From assembly GCA_965201075.1 (NCBI GenBank), contig CBDAVP010000005.1, positions 124,001 through 188,000 on the forward strand: DNA of 64,000 bases, written 5' to 3'. Within the stretch, counting starts at the first letter, position 1; each line of letters starts with the position of its first letter. The stretch is from Isosphaeraceae bacterium (lineage in GTDB: Bacteria > Planctomycetota > Planctomycetia > Isosphaerales > Isosphaeraceae). A program made the translations under genes and the position numbers. Of this stretch, positions 1 through 10,920 are shown one piece after another. The notes under the pieces were generated by a model, which searched no databases, was not told the origin of the DNA, and saw only the letters and a program-made list of their open reading frames with translations.

Positions 1-123
1 AGGCGAACCCTCTCCGACATGAAACCGGTCGAGGCGATGGAGGGGCTCGTCCGCCAGCTTTCCAAGACCCGCGGCAACGCCGAGTTCCTTCAGAAGATTC
101 CGGTGCCCGCCCGACCCGCCTGA
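1..123 (+). CDS. rho: Transcription termination factor Rho, C-terminal end (5' truncated by window)
   Basis: Frame 1 reads RRTLSDMKPVEAMEGLVRQLSKTRGNAEFLQKIPVPARPA*, matching the typical Rho C-terminus (..LSDMxPVEAME..L.KT.xNAEFL). Confidence 0.85.
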   Translation, partial: RRTLSDMKPVEAMEGLVRQLSKTRGNAEFLQKIPVPARPA

Positions 124-230
124 GCCCGCCGGGTCGGCCTGCCGGGACGTTGCGAACGTCTCGGGGTCCGTTATCATTTCGGAGCGCGGCCCGACGTCGA
201 TCACCGCTCCCCTTCCAGGCGTTCGCGACG

Positions 231-1664
231 ATGCCGATCACCTTGCTCTGCCCCTGCGGCAAGAAACTCCGCACCGCCGATCAGAACGCGGGCCGTCGGG
301 TGCGCTGCCCGCAATGCCAGTCCCTGCTGCTGGTCCCCGAACCCGACTTCGTCCCCTGGGAAGAACACGCGGAGGAGCCGGCATCACCAGTATCGCCGCC
401 GATGGCCGCGCCTTCCGCGTCCTCGCCGCCTTTACGGTTCGGAGCCCCCAACGCTTCCCCAGCGCCGTCGCCGCTCCCGTTTGAACCGCTGAACCACGAG
501 TACAACCTGGAACCCTCGGCCGCGGCTCCGGCCCCCTGGCTGGCGCCTGACCCTGGCCAACGGGAGCCGAGCGCTTTCCAGCCGATCCGCGGCTCCGAGC
601 CCTCGACCAGCCGGGTGGCCGCGGCCCGCACCCGCCCCGTGGCGGAAGTGGGCACGCCCTCGGCCCGCGAATACCTTCACTGGGTCCTGATCCTGGCCTT
701 GATCCCGCTGGCCCTCTCGTTGCTGTCCCGCAAGGAAGACATCAAGGAACGGCTGGCTCGCAGTCTCCAGGTCCCGGTCGAGCAGGTGGAGGCGGAACTC
801 GAAGGCGTTTCCCCCGACGAACTCCTCGCCCGGCTGCCGGGTCAACGCATCGAGGGGGCCCTTCTCGGTCACGATACCGCCCTTCACTGGATCTTCGCCG
901 GCATGTCGGCCAGCGCCTTCCTCGGGCTGCTGTTGATGATGTTCCCTCGGGGCGACACCAGGCCGTTGCACCTGATCGCCGTGGGAGCCTTCACGGCGAC
1001 GGTCGGAATTTTGTTCCTGCTGGGGGTTCAGTTCGCCTCGGCCTTCGCTGGAGGCGGCCGAATTTGGCGAGGCAAGGCCGTCATCATCTGGTTGATCCTG
1101 ACGTTTATCCGCTTCTCGTATCAGGCGGCACTCGACGATAACTACGGCTTCCTCGCCAGCGCTTTGGGCTTCACCTTCGGCGTGGGGCTTTGCGAGGAAC
1201 TTTGCAAGGCCATCCCATTCCTCTGGATCTATCACCACTCCAGCACCCCAACTTGGCGACAGGCGTGTCTGTGGGGGCTGGCCTCGGGAGTCGGATTCGG
1301 GGTCAGCGAAGGGATCATGTACTCTCAGGACCACTATAACGGCATGGCCACCGGCCTGACCTATCTGGTCCGGTTCATTTCCTGGGTGGCCCTGCACGCG
1401 ATCTGGGGAGCCTCCGTCGGGCTCACTCTCGACCGCCGTCAGGACACTGTACGCGGCGTCGACGGTATCGCGTACTACTGGGCCGTCCTGAGAATCATCG
1501 CCGTCCCGATGGTCCTGCACGGGATGTACGACACGATGCTGAAAAAGGACATGGAGTTGTCGGCCCTGGGGGTCGCCGTCGCCAGCTTCTTCTGGTTTGC
1601 CTGGCTGGTGGAGTCGGCCCGCGGCCTGGAGACCGAACGACCGCCGAGGAGAGCCTGGTCGTGA
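231..1664 (+). CDS. PrsW-family intramembrane metalloprotease with N-terminal Zn-ribbon and Pro-rich linker
   Basis: PrsW motifs EELCK, GFGVSE, HAIW, HGMYD; multiple TM segments; N-terminal CPCG...CPQC. Start placed at ATG 231. Confidence 0.85.
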   Translation: MPITLLCPCGKKLRTADQNAGRRVRCPQCQSLLLVPEPDFVPWEEHAEEPASPVSPPMAAPSASSPPLRFGAPNASPAPSPLPFEPLNHEYNLEPSAAAPAPWLAPDPGQREPSAFQPIRGSEPSTSRVAAARTRPVAEVGTPSAREYLHWVLILALIPLALSLLSRKEDIKERLARSLQVPVEQVEAELEGVSPDELLARLPGQRIEGALLGHDTALHWIFAGMSASAFLGLLLMMFPRGDTRPLHLIAVGAFTATVGILFLLGVQFASAFAGGGRIWRGKAVIIWLILTFIRFSYQAALDDNYGFLASALGFTFGVGLCEELCKAIPFLWIYHHSSTPTWRQACLWGLASGVGFGVSEGIMYSQDHYNGMATGLTYLVRFISWVALHAIWGASVGLTLDRRQDTVRGVDGIAYYWAVLRIIAVPMVLHGMYDTMLKKDMELSALGVAVASFFWFAWLVESARGLETERPPRRAWS

Positions 1665-1795
1665 AGCGAATCGAGACAGGCTGGCCTCCCATGCCGTAGA
1701 ATCCTTGAGGCAAACGGTTCTCCGCCGATCGGGTCTGGGTCGGATCGGCGGGAAGTCTCCAGGAACGCCAGCGGGCCGGAGTCGGGTCGGGGTGT

Positions 1796-2965
1796 ATGGC
1801 CAAACAAGATCGAAAGCCCCTGCGGGCGATCCTCACGGTGATCGAGACCGGAGCCTGGCGCAAGGTGCTGACCTCCCTGGCCACCTGGGGCCAGGACCAG
1901 GTCAGCCGCCTGGTCGCGGTTTCGTTGCTCATCTGGTTCCTTGGCGCCTTCGGCCTGTTCCTGGCCGAACGCCGCCAGGACGACGGTTACAACACCTTCT
2001 CCGAAGCGTTCTGGAATGTTGGGGTTTTGCTCTTCAGCGGTCTGGAGGAAGCCCCCAAAACACTTCCCGGCCGCGTCCTGGCCCTGACGCTGGTGGTCAT
2101 CGGCGTGGCCCTTGTGGCCTTTTTCACGGCGAGCCTCGCGTCGTACCTGGTCGAACGCTACCTGCGGAGGCGTGAAGTGAGCGAGTTCACGATGGACGAC
2201 CACCTGATCCTGTGCAACTGGGCCCCCCGCGGCCTGGGCTGGATCCGCGAGGTCCACAGCAAGATCACCCAGGGCCAGAAACGCCCCGTGGTCATCATCC
2301 ACGACAGTCCCGAAGAGATCGACCTGCCTGACAAGCAGGACGAATCCGCTTTCAGCGAGGTTTACATCGTCAAGGGCGACCCCAACAACGACGTGATCCT
2401 CCGACGAGCCAAGGTGCAGCAGGCCTATTCGGTGGTGGTCCTGTCCGACGACCGCGAGGGCAAGCACGCCGACGGCAAAACCATCCTCACCTGTATTGCC
2501 GTCCGAGCCATCTGCAAGGGCGCGCATCAGCCCAATATTGCCGTCGAGTGCCGCAACCCCGCCAACCGGAATCACCTCCTCCGCGCCGGTGCCGATGAGA
2601 TTATCTCGTCCGAGGAACTGGGACTGCGACTGCTGGCCCGTGCCTCGCTCTTTCACGGAATGACCCAGGTTTATCAGGAACTCTTGACCGTCGGCCGGGA
2701 TGCCAACGAGCTTTACCTCGTCCCCGCTCCCGACGAGATTCTCGGGAAGCGATTCCCGGAAGCTTCGGCCCTCTTCGCCGGCAACCGCACCGACAAGCGC
2801 TGCTGCCTACTGATCGGCATCCAGCGTGGCGAGGAAATGATGCTTAACCCGATGGGCGATGAGGCCGGACCCCTCCGCGCCGACGATCAACTCATCCTCC
2901 TCAGCCGCGTCTTTCCCAACGGCGATCAGCCCTTGCCCATGACCCGGCCCGAGCCGGCGGGATAA
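1796..2965 (+). CDS. Two-TM ion channel with RCK/TrkA-type regulatory domains
   Basis: TM-pore helix-TM (FSEAFW...PKTLPGR) followed by DHLILCNW, VKGDP, RAGADEII (RCK-N) and a TrkA-C-like tail (LLIGIQRG..LNP). Confidence 0.85.
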   Translation: MAKQDRKPLRAILTVIETGAWRKVLTSLATWGQDQVSRLVAVSLLIWFLGAFGLFLAERRQDDGYNTFSEAFWNVGVLLFSGLEEAPKTLPGRVLALTLVVIGVALVAFFTASLASYLVERYLRRREVSEFTMDDHLILCNWAPRGLGWIREVHSKITQGQKRPVVIIHDSPEEIDLPDKQDESAFSEVYIVKGDPNNDVILRRAKVQQAYSVVVLSDDREGKHADGKTILTCIAVRAICKGAHQPNIAVECRNPANRNHLLRAGADEIISSEELGLRLLARASLFHGMTQVYQELLTVGRDANELYLVPAPDEILGKRFPEASALFAGNRTDKRCCLLIGIQRGEEMMLNPMGDEAGPLRADDQLILLSRVFPNGDQPLPMTRPEPAG

Positions 2966-3052
2966 ACTCGACTTCGCGACTTTCTCTCCACCTCGCGGAT
3001 CGTTTCCCCATCTTTGAACCTGTCTTCACCGGACGAAACTTGAGGTTCCGCA

Positions 3053-5032
3053 ATGGCCCAGACCGTGGGAACCGAGCCTCGCCACGAGACCCCTCACCGT
3101 TCACCCTGGATGGCGTGGCTGCTTGAGGGGGAAACGAAGGGATTCGCGGGGCCGGGAGCCCGCGAAAGCAAGGAGCACGTCCATCCCTGGTACAACGTGA
3201 TGTGCCTGACCGGGGTCGACTACTTTTCGACCCTGGGCTACCAGCCCGGAATCGCCGCCCTGGCCGCGGGCGCCCTGTCGCCAATGGCCACTCTGATTCT
3301 CGTTTTGCTGACCCTCGGCGGGGCCCTGCCGATCTACCGACGGGTGGCCCAGGAGAGCCCCAGGGGAGAAGGCTCGATAGCCATGCTTGAGCACCTCCTC
3401 GGGTGGTGGCAAGGCAAGCTCTTCGTTCTGGCCCTGCTTGGCTTCGTCGCCACCGACTTCATCATCACCATCACTCTCTCGGCCGCCGACGCCACCTCTC
3501 ACATCATCGAAAATCCCTTCGCTCCGCATTTCCTCCAGAGCCATCGCGTCCTGATCGCCCTGGCTCTGGTCGCCCTGCTCGGCAGTGTTTTCCTGAAAGG
3601 ATTCAAGGAGGCGATGGGACTGGCCGTGGTCTTGGTGATCGCCTACCTGGCGCTTAACACCGTGGTGGTGGGCTATGGGCTTTACCGCGTGTTCACCCAC
3701 CCTCACGTCTTCGGCGAGTGGAAGACCCGTCTGTTCCACGAACACGGGAGCATCTGGGGGATGATCGGCGTTTCGATGCTGCTGTTTCCCAAACTGGCCC
3801 TGGGGCTTTCGGGCTTCGAGACGGGCGTCACCGTGATGCCGCTGGTCAAGGGGGACGACGACGACAACGAGGACGAACCCAAGGGCCGCATCCGCAACAC
3901 CCGCAAGTTACTGGTGACCGCGGCGCTCATCATGAGCGTCTTTCTCCTGTCCAGTAGCCTGGTGACGACGCTGCTGATCCCTCCCAAGGAATTCGTAGCA
4001 GCCTCGGGTGACCACCCGGCCGGCAAGGCCAACGGTCGCGCCCTTGCCTACCTGGCCCATCAGGAACTTGGCGAGGCATTCGGCACCGTCTACGACGTCT
4101 CGACGATTCTGATCCTCTGGTTCGCGGGGGCCTCGGCGATGGCCGGCCTCGTCAACATCGTCCCTCGCTACCTTCCCCGCTTCGGCATGGCCCCCGAGTG
4201 GACCCGAGCCGCCCGGCCCCTGGTTTTGATCTATTCGGCCGTCGCCTTCGCCGTGACGATCATCTTTCGCGCCGATGTCGACGCCCAGGGAGGCGCCTAC
4301 GCCACGGGCGTCCTGGTTCTGATCAGTTCGGCCGCCGTCGCCGTGATGCTCTCGTGCTGGAAGCGCGGGGCAAAAGGCTCAGCCGCGGCCTTCGCCGTCA
4401 TCTCCCTGGTTTTCGCCTACACCACTGTAGTCAACGTCTGGGAACGCCCCGACGGTGTCAAGATCGCCAGCCTTTTCATCGCCGCCATCGTGGTCTTCTC
4501 GTTCGGCTCTCGCCTGTACCGCTCGACCGAGTTGCGAGTCGACTGCGTGAAGCTGGATGACACGGCCAAACGCTTCATCGACGAGGCGGCTCAGGGAGGC
4601 GACCTCCACCTGATCGCCAACAATCCCGACCGACGCGGCGATGGTGACTACGACCTCAAGGAAAAACAAGTTCGCGAAGACTACCTCGTTCCCCCCGAAA
4701 GCCGCCTGCTGATCCTGGAAATCTACCTCGACGACCCGTCCGACTTCTCCGAGACGCTCCACGTCCAGGGAGTCGACATCGACGGCCACTACGTCCTGCG
4801 AGGCACGGCCACGGCGGTGCCCAACGCCATCGCCGCGTTCCTCCTGTTCCTCCGCGACCAGACCGGCCAGCGTCCCCACGCCTATTTCAACTGGACCGAG
4901 GGGAACCCGCTGCACTATCTCCTGCGCTACGTTCTCTCGGGCCGGGGGGATGTCGCCCCGATCACCCGGGAGGTTCTCCGCCAGGCCGAGCCCGATCCGC
5001 AACGTCGCCCAGCCGTCCACGCGGGCACCTGA
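3053..5032 (+). CDS. APC-superfamily transporter, KimA/KUP-like
   Basis: About 12 TM segments plus a cytoplasmic C-domain; TM1 [10 protein letters not shown]3 TDFIIT, TM6 LSGFETG. Confidence 0.8.
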   Translation: MAQTVGTEPRHETPHRSPWMAWLLEGETKGFAGPGARESKEHVHPWYNVMCLTGVDYFSTLGYQPGIAALAAGALSPMATLILVLLTLGGALPIYRRVAQESPRGEGSIAMLEHLLGWWQGKLFVLALLGFVATDFIITITLSAADATSHIIENPFAPHFLQSHRVLIALALVALLGSVFLKGFKEAMGLAVVLVIAYLALNTVVVGYGLYRVFTHPHVFGEWKTRLFHEHGSIWGMIGVSMLLFPKLALGLSGFETGVTVMPLVKGDDDDNEDEPKGRIRNTRKLLVTAALIMSVFLLSSSLVTTLLIPPKEFVAASGDHPAGKANGRALAYLAHQELGEAFGTVYDVSTILILWFAGASAMAGLVNIVPRYLPRFGMAPEWTRAARPLVLIYSAVAFAVTIIFRADVDAQGGAYATGVLVLISSAAVAVMLSCWKRGAKGSAAAFAVISLVFAYTTVVNVWERPDGVKIASLFIAAIVVFSFGSRLYRSTELRVDCVKLDDTAKRFIDEAAQGGDLHLIANNPDRRGDGDYDLKEKQVREDYLVPPESRLLILEIYLDDPSDFSETLHVQGVDIDGHYVLRGTATAVPNAIAAFLLFLRDQTGQRPHAYFNWTEGNPLHYLLRYVLSGRGDVAPITREVLRQAEPDPQRRPAVHAGT

Positions 5033-5046
5033 ATGGGCTCGTAGCT

Positions 5047-6513
5047 TCAGGCGACGAGCTCGTGCAAGACTCGGCCGTGGACGTCGGTCAGGCGGCGGTC
5101 GATCCCGTCATGCCTCACTGTCAGCCGGGTATGGTCGATGCCCAGCAGATGCAGCGCCGTCGCGTGAATGTCATAAACCTGGGTGGGCCGGTCGCGGTCG
5201 GCCGGCTTGTACCCCCACTCGTCGCTCGGCCCAAAAGTCACCCCCCCCTTGATGCCACCGCCCGCGAGCCAGTTGGTGAAGGCGTGGGGATTATGGTCGC
5301 GACCGGTCCCCCCCTGGCTCGAAGGCATCCGGCCGAACTCGGTGGTCCACAAGATCAAAGTGTCGTCCAGCATCCCCAACCGCTTCAAGTCGGCGATCAG
5401 AGCTGATGCTCCTCGCGCCATTCCCATCGCCAGGGGCCCGTGGTCGCGTCGGACATCTTCATGGCTGTCCCAGTTGCGTCTGGGAAATCCGTTGTCGTTG
5501 CCGCTCCAGACCTGAACGAATCGGACGCCCCGCTCCAGCAACCGCCGGGCTGTCAGGCACCGCCGACCAAACGCGTCGATCTCTTCCACCGGGTTGATCT
5601 CGTTGGGGAATGACGATTGGCCGTGGTCCAGGCCATAGAGCCGCAAAACCTCCTTCGACTCGTTCGACAGGTCCAAGGCCTCGGGGGCCGCCAACTGCAT
5701 TTTCGCGGCCAACTCGTAACTGGCGACCCTCGCCGACAACCGATCATCGCCAGGCCGTTCGGCGGCGTGAGCTCGATTTAGTCGAGAAAGCAGGTCCACC
5801 CCCGCGGCGTCGTCCTCCCGACGCAATGGCCCGACGCGCGGGTCGGCGAACAAGTCCTCGATCGGGGGATTGGCACCGGGGCGAATCACGGTCCCCTGGT
5901 GCTGCGCTGGCAGGAACGCGTTGTCCCAGTTCTTGGTCCCATTGGACGCCAGACCGCGAGCGTCGGGCAGTACCACGAATGCCGGCAGATCGTCGCCAAT
6001 CCGACCCAACCCGTAACTCACCCAGCTTCCCATTGAGGGGAACCCCGGCCGGTTAAAGCCAGTCGTCTGAAGTAAGGTTCCCTGACTATGAACCCCTGTC
6101 TTACCCGTCACGTTGTGGACGAACGCCATCTCATCCACGACCGACCCCAGCGCCGCGACCACCTCGCTGAGAGCCTTCCCACAACCCCCATAAGGGCGAA
6201 AATCAAAGACCGGTTGCAGCCAGGGCCCCAGGCCATCCTGAAAAGTCTCGACGGTCTCTCCAAAATCCGAAGGCTGACCATGCCGCTTGATCAATTGCGG
6301 CTTGAAGTCAAACAGGTCGACGTGACTGGCGGCGCCGGCCATGAACAGTTGCACAACCCGTTTTGCCCTGGGAGCATGATGCAACCCCCCATCCGGCCGC
6401 AACCGCAAGCCATCCACACCCTCGGCGAACGCCCCCTCCCCGGCCATCAACGACGCCAGCGCGATCCCACCAAGGCCACCGCCCGAATGCCAAAGGAACT
6501 CCCGGCGATTCAT
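5047..6513 (-). CDS. DUF1501 domain protein with Tat signal
   Basis: MNRREFL; AKRVVQLFMAGAASHVDLFD, WDSH, TEFGRMP, GRDHNP motifs. Confidence 0.9.
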   Translation of the reverse strand: MNRREFLWHSGGGLGGIALASLMAGEGAFAEGVDGLRLRPDGGLHHAPRAKRVVQLFMAGAASHVDLFDFKPQLIKRHGQPSDFGETVETFQDGLGPWLQPVFDFRPYGGCGKALSEVVAALGSVVDEMAFVHNVTGKTGVHSQGTLLQTTGFNRPGFPSMGSWVSYGLGRIGDDLPAFVVLPDARGLASNGTKNWDNAFLPAQHQGTVIRPGANPPIEDLFADPRVGPLRREDDAAGVDLLSRLNRAHAAERPGDDRLSARVASYELAAKMQLAAPEALDLSNESKEVLRLYGLDHGQSSFPNEINPVEEIDAFGRRCLTARRLLERGVRFVQVWSGNDNGFPRRNWDSHEDVRRDHGPLAMGMARGASALIADLKRLGMLDDTLILWTTEFGRMPSSQGGTGRDHNPHAFTNWLAGGGIKGGVTFGPSDEWGYKPADRDRPTQVYDIHATALHLLGIDHTRLTVRHDGIDRRLTDVHGRVLHELVA

Positions 6514-6552
6514 GTTGAAATCCTCCCCCAGCCCAGCGATCGCCAGGTCCGA

Positions 6553-9500
6553 TCAATCGACGAACACAAACTCATTCAAATTGAAAATCACCCGGCAAGC
6601 CGAATCCAGTCCATGACAGTCCGCATGAGTTACCAGTGAGGCGAGCTCCTCGGCACTGGGCGACCGACCGATGGCCAGTAAGAACGCCTCGGAAATCCGG
6701 TCGCTGACCGTCGTCCCATTCGCCACTCGCTCGGCCAGATGGCGGGCCGTTACCAGCATCAGTCCATTATTATACAACGTCAGTGCCTGGAGCGGCGAAA
6801 GCGTCTCGTTTCGCCGGTCGACCTGCATCGAAGGGTCGGCGCAATCCAACGCCGCCATGAACGGCTGGGGCCGGGACCTCGCCAGGAATCGGTAGATCGA
6901 CCGACGGCGGGCCGAGGTCTCATCCGGGTCGACTTGCCCATATTCGTAGTGGGGGGAATGCTCGGGGTGGTCGACCGCGAAATCGCGAAACGGTGGACCA
7001 AACATCACCCCATCGAGTGTCCCCGCCGCGGCCAGCGTCGCGTCGCGGATCGCTTCGGCCTCAAGCTTTCGCCGATTCATCCGCCAGAGGAGCCCATTGT
7101 CACTATCGACTTCCGCCCCTCGCGAATTCTCGGACGCCGACACCTGCCGATACGCCGAACTCGTGACGATCCCCCGATGCAACGCCTTGAGCGACTGCCC
7201 CCCATCCCGGAAGTTGGCGGCGAGCCAGTCCAGTAACTTCGGGTGGCTGGGAGCTTGACCCATGCGTCCCAGGTCATTCGGCGTGGCGGCGATCCCTCGG
7301 CCAAAATGGTACTGCCAGACCCGGTTGACCACGCACCGCCAGGTCAGGGGATTGCGGGGATCGCTCAACCAGGTGGCCAGGGCTCCCCGCCGCTCCCGTT
7401 CGTGATGGCCAGTGGGCAGTGAAAAATCGCCGGGAAGCTCCTCGAATAGTCCTGGAGCACCAGGCCCGACCTCCTTGCCCGGCGACCGCACATCCCCGCG
7501 TCTCAGCACATGGATCGGCCGGGGCTTGCCCCCGTCCGGCCCCGTTCCGCGAAAGGCGCCGCTGCCAGAATACACGGTCGCGGCATAAACCCACCCCGAC
7601 GGCACCAGGCTCGCCAGCCCCGCCTCGGCCTCGGCGAGATCTCTCGCCACTCGCGTCCTCTCCGCCAACACCGATGCCCCCACGCTCTCCATAACCCACG
7701 CGGCCCGCCGCCGTTCCAGTTCCCCGATGACTTTGGCGGCCTCGACGCCACTTCGCCCGGGAGCATATCCATCCCCCAGGTTCGCCCGCCCCCAGCGAGG
7801 CCGCATCTCAATCGAGTCCGACGCGACGAACTCTCGACCCACCGCCCGGTTCACCCCCAACTCGTCGAAAACCTCAACCTCGGCCAGGGCGAAATGAAAA
7901 TCCCCCTGCCGAGGCGCGAGCTTCGTCGCTGTGACCCGCAAGTATCGCCCTCGCGCCCCTCGCGCCTCGACCAGCTGGGGAACAATCCCAGGGTTGGCAC
8001 CATCCCGGTCAGTCCGATCGAGCAGGATTTGCGTCCCTGAGCGGAACTCAGTGTCATCGCTCAGTTCCACCCGGAAGCGTGGCGGAAACCCAAACCCCGC
8101 GCCGATCCCATTGAAGTCGTCGTAGGCCCCCCAAAGCACGACCCGTTCGACCGCCGTCGTTTGGCCCAGGTCCAACCGCACCCACTTCAGCCGGTCGGCC
8201 GACGTCTCCAAGGCGCTATGATAGCCAAACTCCGGCCGAGCCTCGGCCGGCCGCCGTGCCTCGACCAACCGCTGGTCCAACTCCGCCAACGTCACCCCGC
8301 CCGACCGCTGAATGGTCGCGTCCAGAACCTCCAGCCGAGCCCGCGACGCGTCCCGGCTCGCCAGCAGCGACGAGGCTCGCCGCCCCTCGTTGGCATCGGT
8401 ATAGAACGGTCGGTCGGCCCGATCCACCGCCGCGAACACGGCCTGGAGGCGATAATAGTCTCCCTGAGGCACCGGGTCGAACTTATGGTCATGACACTGG
8501 GCGCACTGCACGGTCAGGCCGCAAACCGTATTCAATGTGGTGGCAACCATGTCATCGCGGTCAAGGTGGCGAGCGATCTTCCCATCCACCTTCGTCTCGG
8601 GCACCTCGGCATGGCCAATCAGGTCCCACGGCCCGGCCGCCAGGAACCCCAGGGCAACCACTCCGTCCGGGTCGCCAGATTCCAGCGCGTCGCCGGCCAC
8701 CTGCTGACGAACGAACCGGCCATAGGGGAGATCGGCATTCAGCGCCCGGACCACATAATCGCGATAAGGCCACGCGTTGGGACGGATTTGATCCTTATCG
8801 TATCCATGAGTGTCGCCGTAATGCGCCACGTCGAGCCAGTGCCTCGCCCAACGCTCTCCATAATGAGGCGACGCCAGCAATCGGTCGACTAACCGCTCAT
8901 AAGCGTCGGGAGCGGGGTCCCCAACGAAGGCCGCGATCTCGGCCGGCGTCGGCGGCAACCCGATCAGGTCGAAGGTCACTCGCCGAATCAAAGTCCGACG
9001 GTTCGCCTCGCTGGAAAACCGCAACCCCTGCCGATGCAGCCGATCCAGAACAAAAGCGTCCACCGGCCCACGAACCCGATGGGCATCGTCGCCCGTCACC
9101 CCTGGCACGACTGGCTTCAACAGCGGCCGCAACGACCACCAATCGCGACGGTCATCAACCACTCTCGCCCCCGACCACTCCGCCCCCTGGTCAATCCAGG
9201 CTCGCAGTAGGCCAACCTCCTCGGCGGTCAGCCGGACCCCCTTTGGCGGCATGATCCGGTCGGGGTCGAGCCCCGCGGCCAGTTTCACCAGCAGGCTTTC
9301 GGCCCCCCGGCCCGGCAACACCGGCGATTCCTCATCCCCTTCGCGAACCGCCGAATCTCGACGGTCGAGCCGCAACCCCCCCTTTTGCGTCTTCGGACCA
9401 TGACACGACCCGCAACGCGCCTCCAGCAGCGGCCGAACGTCCGCGTCATAGGCGACCTTCCGAGCCGCCGATGGGGGCAAGCCCGACTCCTCGGCCCTCG

Positions 9501-9561
9501 CGATGAGGCCGAGCCAACCCGCGGCGATGATCCCGACGACCGCAACGAGGCGACCCATCAA
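6553..9561 (-). CDS. PSD1/planctomycete cytochrome c protein (DUF1549/DUF1553) with discoidin-like insert
   Basis: CGSCH and CAQCHDHKFDP heme motifs, YGERWARHWLDVA, VNRVWQYHFGRG, PSHPKLLDWLA; canonical partner of DUF1501. Confidence 0.9.
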   Translation of the reverse strand: MMGRLVAVVGIIAAGWLGLIARAEESGLPPSAARKVAYDADVRPLLEARCGSCHGPKTQKGGLRLDRRDSAVREGDEESPVLPGRGAESLLVKLAAGLDPDRIMPPKGVRLTAEEVGLLRAWIDQGAEWSGARVVDDRRDWWSLRPLLKPVVPGVTGDDAHRVRGPVDAFVLDRLHRQGLRFSSEANRRTLIRRVTFDLIGLPPTPAEIAAFVGDPAPDAYERLVDRLLASPHYGERWARHWLDVAHYGDTHGYDKDQIRPNAWPYRDYVVRALNADLPYGRFVRQQVAGDALESGDPDGVVALGFLAAGPWDLIGHAEVPETKVDGKIARHLDRDDMVATTLNTVCGLTVQCAQCHDHKFDPVPQGDYYRLQAVFAAVDRADRPFYTDANEGRRASSLLASRDASRARLEVLDATIQRSGGVTLAELDQRLVEARRPAEARPEFGYHSALETSADRLKWVRLDLGQTTAVERVVLWGAYDDFNGIGAGFGFPPRFRVELSDDTEFRSGTQILLDRTDRDGANPGIVPQLVEARGARGRYLRVTATKLAPRQGDFHFALAEVEVFDELGVNRAVGREFVASDSIEMRPRWGRANLGDGYAPGRSGVEAAKVIGELERRRAAWVMESVGASVLAERTRVARDLAEAEAGLASLVPSGWVYAATVYSGSGAFRGTGPDGGKPRPIHVLRRGDVRSPGKEVGPGAPGLFEELPGDFSLPTGHHERERRGALATWLSDPRNPLTWRCVVNRVWQYHFGRGIAATPNDLGRMGQAPSHPKLLDWLAANFRDGGQSLKALHRGIVTSSAYRQVSASENSRGAEVDSDNGLLWRMNRRKLEAEAIRDATLAAAGTLDGVMFGPPFRDFAVDHPEHSPHYEYGQVDPDETSARRRSIYRFLARSRPQPFMAALDCADPSMQVDRRNETLSPLQALTLYNNGLMLVTARHLAERVANGTTVSDRISEAFLLAIGRSPSAEELASLVTHADCHGLDSACRVIFNLNEFVFVD

Positions 9562-9642
9562 CGCTCCCCCGCTGGTATCCGGCCCGAACGCCTCAACTTC
9601 CCGACGGTCGCCCGAGTTCCACCCCGGGCGACCGCCCCTCGC

Positions 9643-10920
9643 TCAATCGACCAGCGACTGCATCACGGCTGTATCAAAGTCGCGATGCAGTTCCCGCACG
9701 TGGGTCTGGATCAGAAGGACGGTTGACAGCCGTTCGCGGGGATCGGCCCAGAAGACGGTGCCAAACGCCCCATCCCAGCCGAAACTGCCCGCTGAGCGAA
9801 ACGTCCCCGCTTTGGCCGGGTCAACCACGACCTCCACGGCAAACCCGAATCCCATCCCCGACGGACGGTTGGCCTGTCCCTCGAACAGGTTGCCCACCAG
9901 GTTCGATGAGTAAAGCTCCAAACCCTTGCGGCTGAGCAACCGATCCTGGCCGAACGTCCCTCCCTCGGCCAGCATCATGGCGAACCGGGCAAAGTCCGAG
10001 GCCGTCGAGTACAAACCCCCCGCGCCCGAAGAATAAGTCTCGGGGAATTGGATGTACGAGGGGACCTTTTCCATCCCCGACTCACCGCGCTTGTGGATGG
10101 CCGCCAGCCGCGACCGACGATCCTCCGGCACATGGAAGAACGTGTCGGTCATGCCCAGGGGCTTGAACATCCGCTCTTGCAAGAATGCCTCGAACGACTG
10201 CCCCGAAGCCACCTCGACCACCCTCGACAGCACGTCGATCCCCGCCAGGCCGCTGTACCGCCAAAGCTCTCCGGGCTGGAAGTCGAGCGGGACTTTGGCA
10301 TAACGCGCCGCCCCCTCGGTCAGCGTGGCCCCTGAACCTCCCGGATGTAACCATTCCGGAGGCACCAATTTGGTCCCCGCGCCGCCGGTCGCCAGGCCCG
10401 AGGTGTGGGTCAACAGGTCGCGAATCGTGACCTCCCGACGCGCCGGGACTCGTGACACCTGGCCACCCGACTCCATCGCCACCTGGACCTGGTGAAACTC
10501 TGGCAAAAATTTTGACACTGGGTCGGACAGTCCGACCTTTCCCTCCTCGATCAGCATCAAGATCGCCGCGCCCGTCACCGGCTTCGAGCATGAGGCCATC
10601 TGAAAAATCGTGTCAAGTCGCACCGGAGCCTTGGTTTCCACATCGGCCAGCCCCTGGGCTTCAAGGTGGATCACCTTGCCGCGGCGGGCTACCAGCGTGA
10701 CGGCGCCCGCGATCCGGTGGCCGTCGATGTAGCGCTGAACGACCTCGTGAATCCTTTGCAAACGGACCGAGGAAACTCCCACGTCCTCTGGCTTCGAGGT
10801 CGGCAAGTCCATAGTCTCCCCCGCCCGAACCGTCCACGCGGTCGGAAGTAACCCCACGAGGAGCACGTGAGCCAAGGCCCAACGAATGAGCGAGCGCTCA
10901 CTACCCGGCATGATCCCCAT
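9643..10920 (-). CDS. Serine hydrolase, beta-lactamase class C-like (start uncertain)
   Basis: SCSK (SxxK), LLTHTSG, WRYS, GAGGLYSTASD, FGWDGAFGT. Confidence 0.9.
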   Translation of the reverse strand: MGIMPGSERSLIRWALAHVLLVGLLPTAWTVRAGETMDLPTSKPEDVGVSSVRLQRIHEVVQRYIDGHRIAGAVTLVARRGKVIHLEAQGLADVETKAPVRLDTIFQMASCSKPVTGAAILMLIEEGKVGLSDPVSKFLPEFHQVQVAMESGGQVSRVPARREVTIRDLLTHTSGLATGGAGTKLVPPEWLHPGGSGATLTEGAARYAKVPLDFQPGELWRYSGLAGIDVLSRVVEVASGQSFEAFLQERMFKPLGMTDTFFHVPEDRRSRLAAIHKRGESGMEKVPSYIQFPETYSSGAGGLYSTASDFARFAMMLAEGGTFGQDRLLSRKGLELYSSNLVGNLFEGQANRPSGMGFGFAVEVVVDPAKAGTFRSAGSFGWDGAFGTVFWADPRERLSTVLLIQTHVRELHRDFDTAVMQSLVD

